This document shows, in pieces, positions 49,650 through 62,600 of a DNA stretch of 64,000 nucleotides. The stretch lies in the NCBI RefSeq assembly GCF_031769215.1, contig NW_026782356.1, forward strand, positions 1,488,001-1,552,000. Direction: 5' to 3'. Made by a program: the position numbers and the translations under genes. The stretch's first letter is position 1. Every line of letters begins with the position of its first letter. Source of the DNA: Ylistrum balloti (Eukaryota). The notes beneath the pieces were generated by a model, which saw only the letters and a list, made by a program, of their open reading frames with translations, was not told where the DNA came from and did not search any database.

Positions 49650-50160
49650 CTGTCAGGTACACAAGTTCTGAGGGGAAATCATTCTCGGAGAGCAGAGGCG
49701 TAGCAATAATGTATGCTTGTATGCTTAAACATATACTCGAATTCCCATTGAGATATATTTGCCCTACTTTTTTAACGTTACTGCGCCCCTAGACCCCCTT
49801 AACCGGGGCTTCGCCCTTGGATCCTCTCTTGAAAGCATACACTCTTAAAAATGTTTTGCTACGCCACTGGAGAGGACGAGATGCTGATGGCGTTCCACGT
49901 ACATAATCAAAATTCAAGGATCTTCCAACCTGACAAGTAGTCTGTTTAAGTGTTTATGGAGACAGTCATTTTATTCCGTATACAAACCTGCAAATACGCC
50001 CACAGTTCATCATTAAATTTCATACCTGTTGCAAGAGCTTTTTTACATCTGCAGAAAAAGCGGTGGCTTTTCGGAACTCCTCGCCACATGAAAGCGTCTG
50101 TGCGACCGTGATCCTGTTGAAAGCACGTGGAAGATTTTCTCAAAATGTCAACAGAAGGGA
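49650..50160. promoter_or_regulatory. Candidate bidirectional promoter between the TRIM paralogue (-) and POLR1B (+)
   Basis: Consensus minus-strand donor CAG|GTAAGT at 49649. Locally CpG-richer DNA, E-box CACGTG at 50124-50129, and a plus-strand ATG (50145) followed by a GTAAGC donor at 50161. No transcript evidence. Confidence 0.5.
49693..49869. mobile_element. MITE, 177 bp, TIR CAGAGGCGTAGCAA...TTGCTACGCCACTG, 5-bp TSD GAGAG
   Basis: 13/14 TIR match; GAGAG at 49688-49692 and 49870-49874; internal GC-rich GGGGCTTCGCCC motif. Confidence 0.9.
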
Positions 50161-50621
50161 GTAAGCAACCGTCTTTTAAGAATCTAACGACGGTTAATTA
50201 TGCCATTCCAAAAGAATATCAGCATTTGGTATGATACTTATTTGTATTTTTACTGTTACTCTACTTGTTTCCCAAATACTGGTAATGTTACAGAGAGCAG
50301 AGTGTGTTCTTTTAAAGTGTTTGTCTACTCATCGTTTCTACCACATAACCAGGTTGGCTTATATTAGAGTCATACAATGCAGGTTCCAATTCTTAAGATC
50401 CGTTTTGTTCAGTAATAGATACCTAACTGTGGAGACGTGAAGGTCTATTAGGCAAAATCAAGGAAAAAGACCAATCTTGCATAGAACTAATACTGATACT
50501 ACAAAGATGGGTGAAAAAGGAAGCTTTCTGTGATCTCGTGCATTTTTGTTTTGTTTCACAAATATCTGTTACATATATGCCATGAAGATGTTTGTATGTT
50601 TTTCATTTTGTGTCATTACAG

Positions 50622-53600
50622 CCTTTGCAGGAACTGACGAAACCTCATGTAGAATCATTTAACTTTTTCTTGAAGGAAGGCTTATCTACAGCAGTCAAGG
50701 TAGGTTTATAGATTAAAGATCAACCAGTAGTGTGTAATCACTTAATATTAATCCTGAGAGACGTTTATGAAGTTGTAAATATTCTCAGTAGCCAAATCAA
50801 TAGTGGTAAATTTCATACCATGGAACATTAGGCCAACAAAAAATATTAATCTTTTCCTGCAGCCCTACCTACCCAATCTATTTTGCACACACACATATAT
50901 ATATATATACCTATACAATTGTTTTGAGACAATTTTCTAAAGTCAAGATCTTTCAGCTTAAAAAAATTCAAATATATATTACAGAAAACACATTTTTGGC
51001 TGGCCTAAAATAGATATGAATATAGCTCCATCTGAACGAAATAACACTTAAGTTCATGCTTTACTGACTACCATGCTGTCAACAATACATACAAGATTTA
51101 ATTATGATCCCTTCACAGAAATTACGGAGATGATATAGCATCACAGTTATTGGTCTGTATATTGTATATGTGTCTGTTTGTCTCACCAGTGTGTAAACCT
51201 TGAATCTTTGAACAAAAATTTGGTTACTTATTGCTTAACTAAATTTTACCTAAACTAAATCAGATAATAGGTAAATTATAGTTTACTGTATATTAATATA
51301 CAATTTTGTATATCTATGTACATCAAAACTGTTTTTTCTTCAGAATATTCCATCTACAGAGTTTGCTTTACCAAATGGAGACCGTGTCAGGTTTAAAGTG
51401 TTGGTAAGATTTCTACATCTTTGCTTTTTACAATTCTTCATGATTTGATGATGTCATCATAATCTCTGAAATGGATATATTTTCTTTTGTTATAAACGTA
51501 TCATTCTGACTCTAACATTATACTTACTCAAAATTTCAGTATTGTTACACAATTCAAACATTGGTAATAATGAATGAAGTCTGTTTATCCTAGTCAGTGT
51601 TTTTATTGCTACAAGAGATTTAAAGAAATTTTCTGAGAATCCTGGAAGTGAATACTTCTTTGTTTTAGTTTAGATTGGAATACACTGAAGGATACTATGA
51701 GGTTATTTTTTTATGAAGGAAAGTTGGTCAGTTTTTTTTATTTATGTATACTTACCATTGTACATTCAATGTCTTACAGAACTGAATTTAACAGATGGAA
51801 AGATTACTTATTATCAATGTTATTTGCCTTGAACATAGAGTGTATTACCTCTAACATTAATTCTAGCTTTTGTTTCTTTTATATTTGTTAAGTCAAAATA
51901 CTAGTGAAGAAGGAATGACAGTCTGATTATAAAATCAATGTCAATGCTAAAGTTAAAGTTGAAAGAAATATTTAAAAAAAAAAGTGAAATCTTTCTATTT
52001 GTTTGCATTTGATCAGGATGCCACCTTATATCAGCCCAGGGTTGCTCAGGGCAACAATTACGCTGTTACACAAAGAGTGTACCCAGCTGAGGTAATGTAA
52101 AGTGCATATTTTAAAAGCAGTATATACCATTTTTAAAAGGAATCAGAAATTTTCAATATATATTTTAATATATTCATATTCAGCTTTTGTCATGTCAGTT
52201 ATTCTCTTCAATATTCATTTAAAATTGTTAGATGATTTAAGGTACATGTAAAGCATTCTGAAATCAATACATTTTTGTATAATTACACGCTTGCATGTAT
52301 GTTTTGTGAAATACTTTTTATGATAAGGGTATTCAATTTTTTTAAAAATTCAGTTAAACACTGTTCGTGACATGCACATTCCTGTAATTAAGTAAGAAGA
52401 CCTTTAGGTTTCATTGCTTGTTACAGTACATACATTGTACTAGGTCAGTTCTAAATTACTGATAGTTTATACATAATGTTTTATTTTCTCATTGCTGACA
52501 GAAAAGTGAAGAAATAAGCATACCAGGTTGCTGATATTTGAATAAGAATTACATGATGGTCAATAAAATGCTGCATATTTAATAAATGAGGTTGTGTTTT
52601 AGTGTCGGGAGAGAGGTGTTACGTACAAAGGGTCTCTGAAAATACAGCTTATGTGGTCAGTCAATGACAACATCAGTGGGACTCTAGATAAAGAAATTGG
52701 AACCATCCCTATCATGGTCAAGGTAACTCACAGAAAATGTCAAGATCATTTCATCTTGTATGGACAATAACAACCTCCTTGTCTACCAGCTGTCATTTTG
52801 GATTTTATCACACTTCTCAATAATTACTGAAACGATCTTATCAAACCTAAGTGTGTTTGGGTCTAAGTTGTGCCACACATTTCAGATTTTGACTTTTGAA
52901 GGTATTATCATTATTTACCAAAGGGATTATCTAGAATGTTTTATATGAAAAAATTAAATCAGACCAATGAAAGGGACATCATGGTAAAAATTTTGTTATG
53001 ATTGGACATGCTTTATACATTTCTTGTTACATGCGTTTCTATGCTATCTCAATATTCACAGTCCATTTCCATCAGCCATCTTGACCACTTCTTTGGTTTA
53101 GGAAACCTCTCTCACATTTAGCAATGATAATATCACACCATAATTTTGAAATCAAGGCAGTTCATTTGTAAACACAAAAAAATAATGGCAGGCAGAAATG
53201 ACAGTAGTAACACAGTCAATAAAATTCTGTTTGTCAGCGCCAGATTTTGTAATGGTTTTGGAAAATATTATTTGAAAACTCTTAAGTCAATTCAGAATTA
53301 TGAGATAAGTAACATTAATCGCCTACATATTTGGCAGGAAAGCTATTTCTGTTTACAGGTGACAGTGTTTTGTGCGTATGTGTTATTATGTATGAGGCAA
53401 AAATGTACATATCCAGAGTGTTCGTGAACATTTAAGGATTTCATTTTTGTTATTGTTAATTAACATTTTCATGTGCATACTTCAGCAATAACCAACTATC
53501 ATTCTTCATAAGGTGATACACTTGATATTCATATATATGCAATGATAAAAAAATCTGTAAAGAAAATTGCTTTACTGTGATATCGTTGTAAGAATGACTT

Positions 53601-56600
53601 GCTTTATAAAGGATTCATGGTTTAATGTGCTTGTCAGTCCTTTGTAATCTTAAGATGATCATTTTTACAGACCATTGTTAAGCTAGTAATGAAGATTTCT
53701 GCCATATTAATCTAAAAAAAAACCTGACAATTATACATAGTTTATATTACTTCAGATAATATATATCAAAGTTGATAATTGGTATAAAATTAATTACAGG
53801 TGATAATGTATATTTGTGAATACAATGTACATATATATTATATATTATCATTTGGAATTGCGTAGTTGATGTACTCAATCACTTGATTGTTTGCAGGGCT
53901 CTCACACCCCATTTTGGGACTGGGGCCTGGGCCCGGGGCCCTTAGAATTTGGAAAATTAATGGTGTTTTCCTTAGAATTGGGAAAATTTGGGGGCCGAAT
54001 ATCGGCCCCAAATCTTGCAGATCGAGAGCCCTGGTTTATATGTACAAACACTGTCATGGTGTCCATGTGTCGATGTCCTATTGATGTTCATATGGTTGGA
54101 CATGTTAGGTATTGCATCAACTTTTATTTGCCTTTGTAAATGGCGTTGACTATAATTGGTCGGGCGGATGTTAGTTTACCTGCTTGTCATACTATCTATT
54201 TCATGTGAGTGAGGGAAAGCATGGAAGTAAGATTTTAAAACAACCTTGCTGGTGGTGTTCAGGGCTTTTTGGGTGATACCTCATCGCTGTCCTGGACGTA
54301 TCCATTGTCGTCCTTGATGACACTGTACAGACAACCTCACAAAGCTATGTACAGCTTTGGAAGGGCTAATCTCTGTCGTATTTTGAAATAAATATACAAT
54401 AAACAAGGGAAACATGAGTTGTGTTTCATCCCTATGACATGTATGTATATGTATATTTCAGTGTACATTGTAAATGAAATCTTATGTAGAGTATATATTC
54501 ATGCCACATGTATGTTGTGTTGATGTTTTTACTTTTTCTCCTTTTAGTCTGATGGCTGTAACTTGAGTAAGCTGAGTCCAGCTGATCTGATAAAGAGAGG
54601 CGAGGAAGCAGAGGTACATAGTAATGTTATAATACTGTGTGATTAACTTCTACCAGATATTCTAATCAACATTATAATACTCACTGCACAGGTGAAGAGA
54701 TATTCTAACCCTGTCAATGTTGATTTTCCACTGCTACTACAATGACTTTTCTAGGTCACAGCTTTATGAATAAATGTGCTAATGAGGAAGAAATCTTGTA
54801 TCATCTTCACATTTTTATACAGCAGGCCATTAAGCTCAGCCATCGTGACAAGAATTGCATTTTTTTCCCCCTGAACAGCTGTTTTATTCAACTGTATTTG
54901 GAAGAGTTATTTCCACTTGTTTCATATTTATTATTGTCTGAAATCTCTTGTTATAGCACGTTTTGAAAGTTTTTGCTTTTTGCAGCATCTTAACTCTTGT
55001 CCAGAGATTTTTTATTGTTCCGTATGGTTTTCGATGTTAATTCTATCATTTTTGTGTAAATTTGAAAAATAACTGCAGCATTCAAATATGCAGATTTTTC
55101 ATATAATATTATTGAGATCAGAGAGTTTTTCTTGTTTTTGTTTTCCTTGTTTTTTCATGTTTTATTTTTGATTACAGGAGATGGGAGGTTATTTTGTAGT
55201 AAATGGACTGGAAAAAGTGGTCAGAATGCTTGTAATGCCCAGACGTAATTATGTAGGTATATAGATTGTACATATATTGGTAAATTGTTACCACTTATCA
55301 ATATCCATGGTTGGATTTTATTAGATTTTTCAGGAATTTACTATTAGACAACAAATGAAATTCTATTTCTAATAAACCTTTGTTTATCAATTTCACTTAT
55401 GCAAATATTTGAAATAACATTCACTTCTGAAAGACCCCAGTATGACATCTCAGATAATGCACATATCCTTTCTACTCCAAAAGCTTATACATATCTACTA
55501 CCTGTATATGATAATATCCTTCATTGCTATTTAAATAACCCATCTGCATGACACACAAGCACAATGTCAAGCACTAGTTACTGTAATTGATATTTTGTAG
55601 AACTTTTTTTCGGCAGGTCAGGAACACCATTTCTGAAATATCGATGAATCCATTGCAAAGAAATTTAATGGGTTAGATCTGAGTGAATTTCACAGGAAAA
55701 TTGCAATGAGTCAAAGACTCAAATATTTAATTTCCAAAGATTACTGTAGTAAGCTATCTGCATTATATTTGCTGTCCACCTGTTATAACTTATGAATTAA
55801 ATGTATGTAGAGCATTGTTATCTTGATACCTTTCTGTTTGACAGCCAACCTGCATGACACGCCCATCCTGGAAGAACCGGGGCAAACAATATACAGAGTA
55901 TGGTGTATCAATCCGATGTGTTCTTGATGATCAAAGTGGCATTGTAAGTGATTTTGCTGACACAGTGTCACACAACAACATGACACATGGTATTTGATTT
56001 TCTCCCTCCAAGTTTAATTTACTTGGAGTTGTTACATAGTCTGTCCTTCACTCTGCTCCCTATTCACTTCCTCTGCTTATGTGCGGAACTTATCATTCTC
56101 AGACTCCAATGATCTACCATGGTAGTTTTTTTCATCCAGTTTACTTCACACATGCTGGACTGACAGAGAGTGAGTACCTGTCTGCTTTATTCAATCACAC
56201 CACCGGTATATAGCCATGATGTATCACACTGGAGTACACATCCCTCCCGTTATCAGACTTGCAACAGTGCCTGTCCCTCATGGGTTTTTTTTACCTTGAT
56301 CCAGTGTTACATGACTTTTGACCTAAATGCCACTCTCTATGATAACCACCATTTGAAATTTACAGTTATTTACTTATTGTCACTCATATTTGTTGACATA
56401 GATGTTTGATTCGCTGTAGAACACTATGTAGGGCAAGAAAGCATAATGTCAGAGGTTTGGTGAAAAAGAATGATTGTTAAGACTTCTCTGTCTGTGTAAT
56501 GTTAAATTAGTGGGTACTGCGAGTAGTGAATTACAGTATTGGGTATGTGTATCTACCATAATAAGTGTTTTTGTTACAGACTAACATTCTACACTACCTG

Positions 56601-59600
56601 TCGAACGGGATGGCAACACTCAGCTTCACTTACAACAAGGAAATGTTCTTTGTACCTGTCATGTTTATTCTCAAGGTGAGCAACGCTCTCATTCATAAAG
56701 TAAAAATGTGATGCTTACGTACAGAAAATTCAAACTGGGAAGGAATAAAGAATCTTATTTGTTGATAGATTTATCATTATCAGCTTCTGATATTCATCAT
56801 TTACATGTCTATATAAACACGTCCCCTTTATTAGTAACTTTTCTATGGTGCACTTTGTACTTTTATTATTGTTGTACACGTTGTAGAAGTAAGTTTATTT
56901 TTGGCACATTTCAAGTTGACAGTATTGTTAAGATATGATTACTCTTCTTACAATTTTTTTATGTCATATATATAAAAGAACAGTGGTGCTAATTTCCCAA
57001 AAAATGATATTGCGTTTAAATTTGATGGCATCAAATGAAAGTATGTTTACAGGTTCTGTACAAGATTTGAAGTTCATGTACACATCCACAGACTATGTTC
57101 TTGAAATGATTTGAGGCAGATTTGCATAGATATTTGTGTATGTGTTTGGCAGGCTCTGTTAACAGTCACGGACAAATACATCTATGATGAGCTGATCCAG
57201 GGGAAAGAAGATGACACTTATTATAAGGGGTAATTCTCTACTAAGTATCACTGTAAACAGAATAACTCATCGTTAGTATTACTGAATGATTATTATATGT
57301 GAATATTATTGAAATCTTGAAAATACTACTACTGCTTATCAAATATGTTTGATGAGAAATTGGAGACGGAACTGTTACCTATATGAGAATTGTACATGGC
57401 ATCAGTAAAATGAATCTGCGGCTCCTGTATAGGGTAAGTAGGTTTAATACTAAATTTGATTTCATGTAGTCTACTGATATTTATTACAAGATATATGCAT
57501 TTCTACCTCTATCACTAAACATAATTATCTTTGTTACCACTTTATCACTAGTTGTATGGTAGCAATGCTACGGCAGGCACAGGATGAAGGCCTTCTGACT
57601 CAGTCCAGCATCTTGAAGCTAATCGGGGAACGCTTCCGCATCAAACTTGATCTCCCAGTGTGGTATTCTGATACAGACGTAGCCAGATACCTGTTAAAGT
57701 AAGTGTTTGTGTATAAAGACTTGTGCTGAATGCTTTGTGTTTGAAATTACCAAGAAATGTGTCTGGCTGTTGTGGGAAGGTGTAACTTTGAACGTCAAGA
57801 ACCTTGAAGTTTTATTAGGCAGATGTCAGAGAGTGGATGTGAATAGAAGGACTGTAGGTTGACAGATTGTACAGAGCATTGAGGTGGATATTAGGATTTT
57901 GGGTTGATGGATTGTCCAGAGAGTGGAAGCGGATGTCAGGATGTTTAGTGGAGGGATTGTACAGATAGTGGAAGTGGATGTCAGGTTGTTTAGTGGAGGG
58001 ATTGTACAGATAGTGGAAGTGGATGTCAGGTTGTTTAGTGGAGGGATTGTACAGAGAGTAGAAGTGGATGTCAGGATGTTTAGTGGAGGGATTGTACAGA
58101 GAGTGGAATTGGATGTCAGATGTTTGGTTGAGAAATTATACCGAGAGTGGAAGTGGATGTCAGGGTGTTTGGTAGAGGGATTGTACAGAGAGAAGAAGTG
58201 GATGTCAGTATGTTTAGTTGAGAGATTGTACAGAGAGTGGAAGTGGATGTCAGGATGTTTGGTTGAGAGATTGTACAGAGAGTGGAAGTGGATGTCAGGA
58301 TGTTTGGTTGAGAGATTGTACAGAGAGTGGAATTGGATGTCTGAACTTTTGGTTGAGAGATTGTACAAAAGTGGATGTGGATGTTAGGAGACTAGGGTGA
58401 CAGATTGTAGAGCGAGTCGATGTAAGGACTTTGGGTGGACAGATTGTACAGAAAGTGTGTGTGGATGTCAGGACATGTGTTGACAATTGTAAAGAGAGTA
58501 GAGGTGAATGCAGGACTTTGGGTTGATGGATTGTGCAGAGAATGGCAGTGGGTGTCAAGACATTGGGTTGAAAATTGTATAGAGTGAGTGGAAGTGGGTG
58601 TCAGGACTTTGGGTTATGATATTGTTTAGAGAGTGGAGTTGGATGTCAGGACTTTAGGTTGTGATATTGTATAGAGAGTGGAGGTGGATGTCAGGACTTT
58701 GGGTTGAATTATTATGGTGAGAGTGGAGGTGGATGTCAGGATTTTGGGTTGAAATGTTATAGTGAGAGTGGAGGTGGATGTCAGGACTTTGGGTTGTGAT
58801 ATTGTATAGAGAGTGGATGTGGATGTCAGGACTTTGAGTTATGATATTGTATAGAGAGTGGATGTGGATGTCAGGACTTTGGGTTGTGATATTGTATAGA
58901 GAGTGGAGGTGGATGTCAGGACTTTAGGTTGTGATATTGTATAGAGAGTGGATGTGGATGTCAGGACTTTGGGTTATGATATTGTATAGAGAGTGGAGGT
59001 GGATGTCAGGACTTTGGGTTATGATATTGTATAGAGAGTGGAGGTGGATGTCAGGACTTTAGGTTGTGATATTGTATAGAGAGTGGATGTGGATGTCAGG
59101 ACTTTGGGTTGTGATATTGTATAGAGAGTGGATGTGGATGTCAGGACTTTGAGTTATGATATTGTATAGAGAGTGGATGTGGATGTCAGGACTTTGGGTT
59201 GTGATATTGTATAGAGAGTGGAGGTGGATGTCGGGATTTTCGGTTGTGATATTGTATAGAGAGTGGAGGTGGATGTCAGGACTTTGGGTTGAAATATTAT
59301 GGTGAGAGTAGAGGTGGATGTCAGGATTTTGGGTTGAAACCAAACTGAAAACATTTTGATTCATTAAATTCAGAAATATCTTTCTTCTTCAGGCATTGCA
59401 TTGCAATTCACTTGGATTCCAATACTGATAAGTTCAACCTTTTATTGTAAGTATAAGCTGTTGAAAAATCCAATGTTTAGAGCAAGGATTATTGTGTTCT
59501 TAAAAGGTCCATACAGATATGTTAGTATGGTCACTATAGACTTTGTGCAGGTTTTGTAATACTCATGTAAACATACAATCATCTTATGATTACTTGGTAG

Positions 59601-62600
59601 TACTTAAACAATTGATTTCAATATATGCTGATACAGGCTTTATAATTTTCAATTATCGATTGCTGTTATTACTAATTATTTAAACAACTTTTAATGTACT
59701 GCTGATATTTAAACAACTTATCATGTACTACTGATATTTAGTCTGATATAATTATTTCAGTATGTAGTAACCACATTCAAAGGTGTACATTTTTAGCCCA
59801 CCATCATCAGATGCTGGGCTATTCAAATTGCCTAAGTCTGTGGTCATTGGTCCATCCATACGTCCTGTCCATCGTGCGTCTGCTGTCCGCCCATAAACCA
59901 ATATTGTTATTGCTATTTCTTGAGAAGCACTGGATGGATCTTTCATATTTCATATTTCATATGTAGGTACCCCTTGGTCCCTAGTTGTGCCCATTTGATT
60001 TTGGGTCTGATCAGAAAAACAAAATGACTGACAGGCAGCCATTCTGGATTTTGACTTTGCGAGATTCTTATCGCTATTTCTGAAGAACTACGACATAGAT
60101 CTTTCTCCAATTTTGTGTGTTTGTTTCCTTTGATATCTAGGTGTGCATCTTTGATTTTGGCACTGATCAGAAAAATAATAACCAACAGGTGGCCTTCTTG
60201 GATTCAAAAGTTTGTTATTGATATTTCTCTCAAATTTCTTTTATAGGTTAATCTTGGTCCCATTTTGTGCCTGTTTGATTTTGGGACTGGTCATAAAAAA
60301 AGAAATTGCTTTCAGGTGACCAGGTTTGATCTGGCAGGTAAAGATTATCATTGCAATTTTTGCAAAGGAATGTTCAAATTTCTTATCATTAAGAGCAAAA
60401 ACAGAGAAGAGAAGAGAAAAAAGTGAAAAGATCTAACTTTCAAAGAGCAAATAAAGATCAAACGACAGTGGGCGACAATATCTCTCTGGGATCTCTTGTT
60501 ATGGATGATCAGGTGGTGCAGTGGTAATGCTTTTCACTTAGCTATTCAGGGATGCACTTCCCAGAATGGACATGAATAGGTATGGGGTCACCTGCTGGAT
60601 TGTGTGGGTTTTCCCCGGGTACTTTGGTTTCCTCCCACAGTAAGACCTCTGTGCACACTTCCATAAAGGCCAACAAGAGTGATTAATATAAGCTGATAGC
60701 TTGTATCACAATTGTTGTAAAATAAGTAAAGTTTATATATATTTATCTATATATACATTTAAAAGTCATTCATACAAGTATAATAACTGAATAGATACTA
60801 CATTAGGGATAGTTCTATAACTGATCTATGTATTGTTGTCAGATACATGACAAGAAAGCTGTTTGCATTTGCTCGAGGAGAATGTGCAGAGGAAAGTGCT
60901 GACAATACTATGTATCAGGAGGTGCTACTCAGTGGTCATCTCTTCTGTATGTTTGTCAAGGTTAGTAAGAGGTTTCCAATAGATTTACTATTTTCATATC
61001 TTTTGTCATGTACATACTTTCATTCTATTCTAGGAAAGTTCTTTAATTTATAGAGATAATTTTAGATAAGGAGTGGGACAGAACCAACCTTCTGGTTGTC
61101 CTTAGTTGTAGATTTGTATTTGTTGTAGGAATCATAGATGGAAAGCTAAAAGTATTCACTAGAGTCCCTTGGGAAAGTAAATACAAAGTATACAGGAGAG
61201 AGAGTTTCAACATCCAGATTTCATACATTTGTAGTTTTTATGCCCAGTTTACATGTTCCATCCACCTAGGCTAGATGTCTGACTTCTAGCTTTGTGACCT
61301 GAAACGTGAAAACCAAGAATTAAATTATGAAATCCAGGTATTGATGCTCCACCTTCAGTAACTTTTGTACAGACATACTTTGAATTAAAATGATGACAAA
61401 AATATTAATAAAATTGACTGATAAAAGTTTTATTTTGCAGGAGAAAATTCATGACTGGGTGAGAAGTCTAAGAATGCAGGTAGAGAAAGAAGCAAAGCTG
61501 AAGGACAAAGCAGGCAACAGCTATAGTGTAAATGATTGTAAATATTGTTTTCTTTTTTCTGAAAATGTCACTATATTCCTTGGTATATTTCTGAATTCTT
61601 TGATAAATAATGTGAAAAACAGATGACTGAAAAGGATGCTAGTTTAGTATTGTTTTCAAAATGTAATTTTTTTTCTCAAACTGAATGAAAAAGAACACTG
61701 AATATTTCCTATTTCTGCATGCATAAACACACTAGATATAGATGTTTCAAAACAGAAAAAAAACCACACATTTCAAACTTGGAAAGTTGTGAATTTTCAA
61801 TCCATTAGCTACCATACGTATACTGGACGTTTTCAAGGCAGGCAGTGGATAGAAGAACTCCTTATATGCCATTTTTACTTCATTTATTTCACATGTTGTC
61901 ATTATTTTGTAGTCATAACAAATCTTGGCAATAACGAAACTTGCTTGTGGCTAGTCCGCTACAGTAAATTGATGCAAACTACCCACAAAAACCAATTTAT
62001 CTGCCCCTCCTACTCACACATTTAATTTTGGAACTTCCCTAAATTTATCATATGGAATATCCTTAATTCTTTATTTGACAAACATTTTGATACAAATGGG
62101 CTTTTGAATTCATTCACTGTATATTGACTAGGTTAGTAGAAAGAGGTTTATTTCAAAACAAAAATGCTTTTGTTCTTTTTGTAGCTTCTTTACAAAATAC
62201 CAGTCGCCGTGTCGATGCAATTACAAGGTCTGTGGAGTATTTGATGACCACAGGAAACCTGATATCTCGAACGGGACTGGGACTGATGCAGGTATTAGAA
62301 CAGTTCTGATTGTATGACCAGCCTATTGGTTTTACATGGTTGAACATAGTCCAGGGATCAACTTCATATCATATCACATAGTATTGTCTCCTACCATTAC
62401 TGGATAATTCTGTAGAGAATGATACATAAATCCCAATCTCCATTTGAAAGAAACATGTTGACAACTTTGGAGGAGTCTCCAGTCACGATCACTTGTCAAT
62501 GCCTCTCCAAAATATCACTTGTTTTATCTGTCTACTTTTGTGAATAAATACCTTTACAGATCTAAAGTCGACATAAATTTTTTAGGGTACATACACCAAG

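Noticed and set aside
50092-50160. Reading ...KCQQKG| as the POLR1B exon preceding PLQELTKPH (resembles vertebrate EQQKAALQEL)
   Set aside because: That frame has a stop at 50089 and no ATG or convincing acceptor. The alternative ATG at 50145 gives a phase-1 donor that needs an unidentified exon, so the first exon is left unresolved.
57826-59364. Repeat-protein ORFs ([30 protein letters not shown])
   Set aside because: The 45-bp unit is a multiple of 3 and keeps frames open by chance. The region is a POLR1B intron bounded by phase-matched exons.
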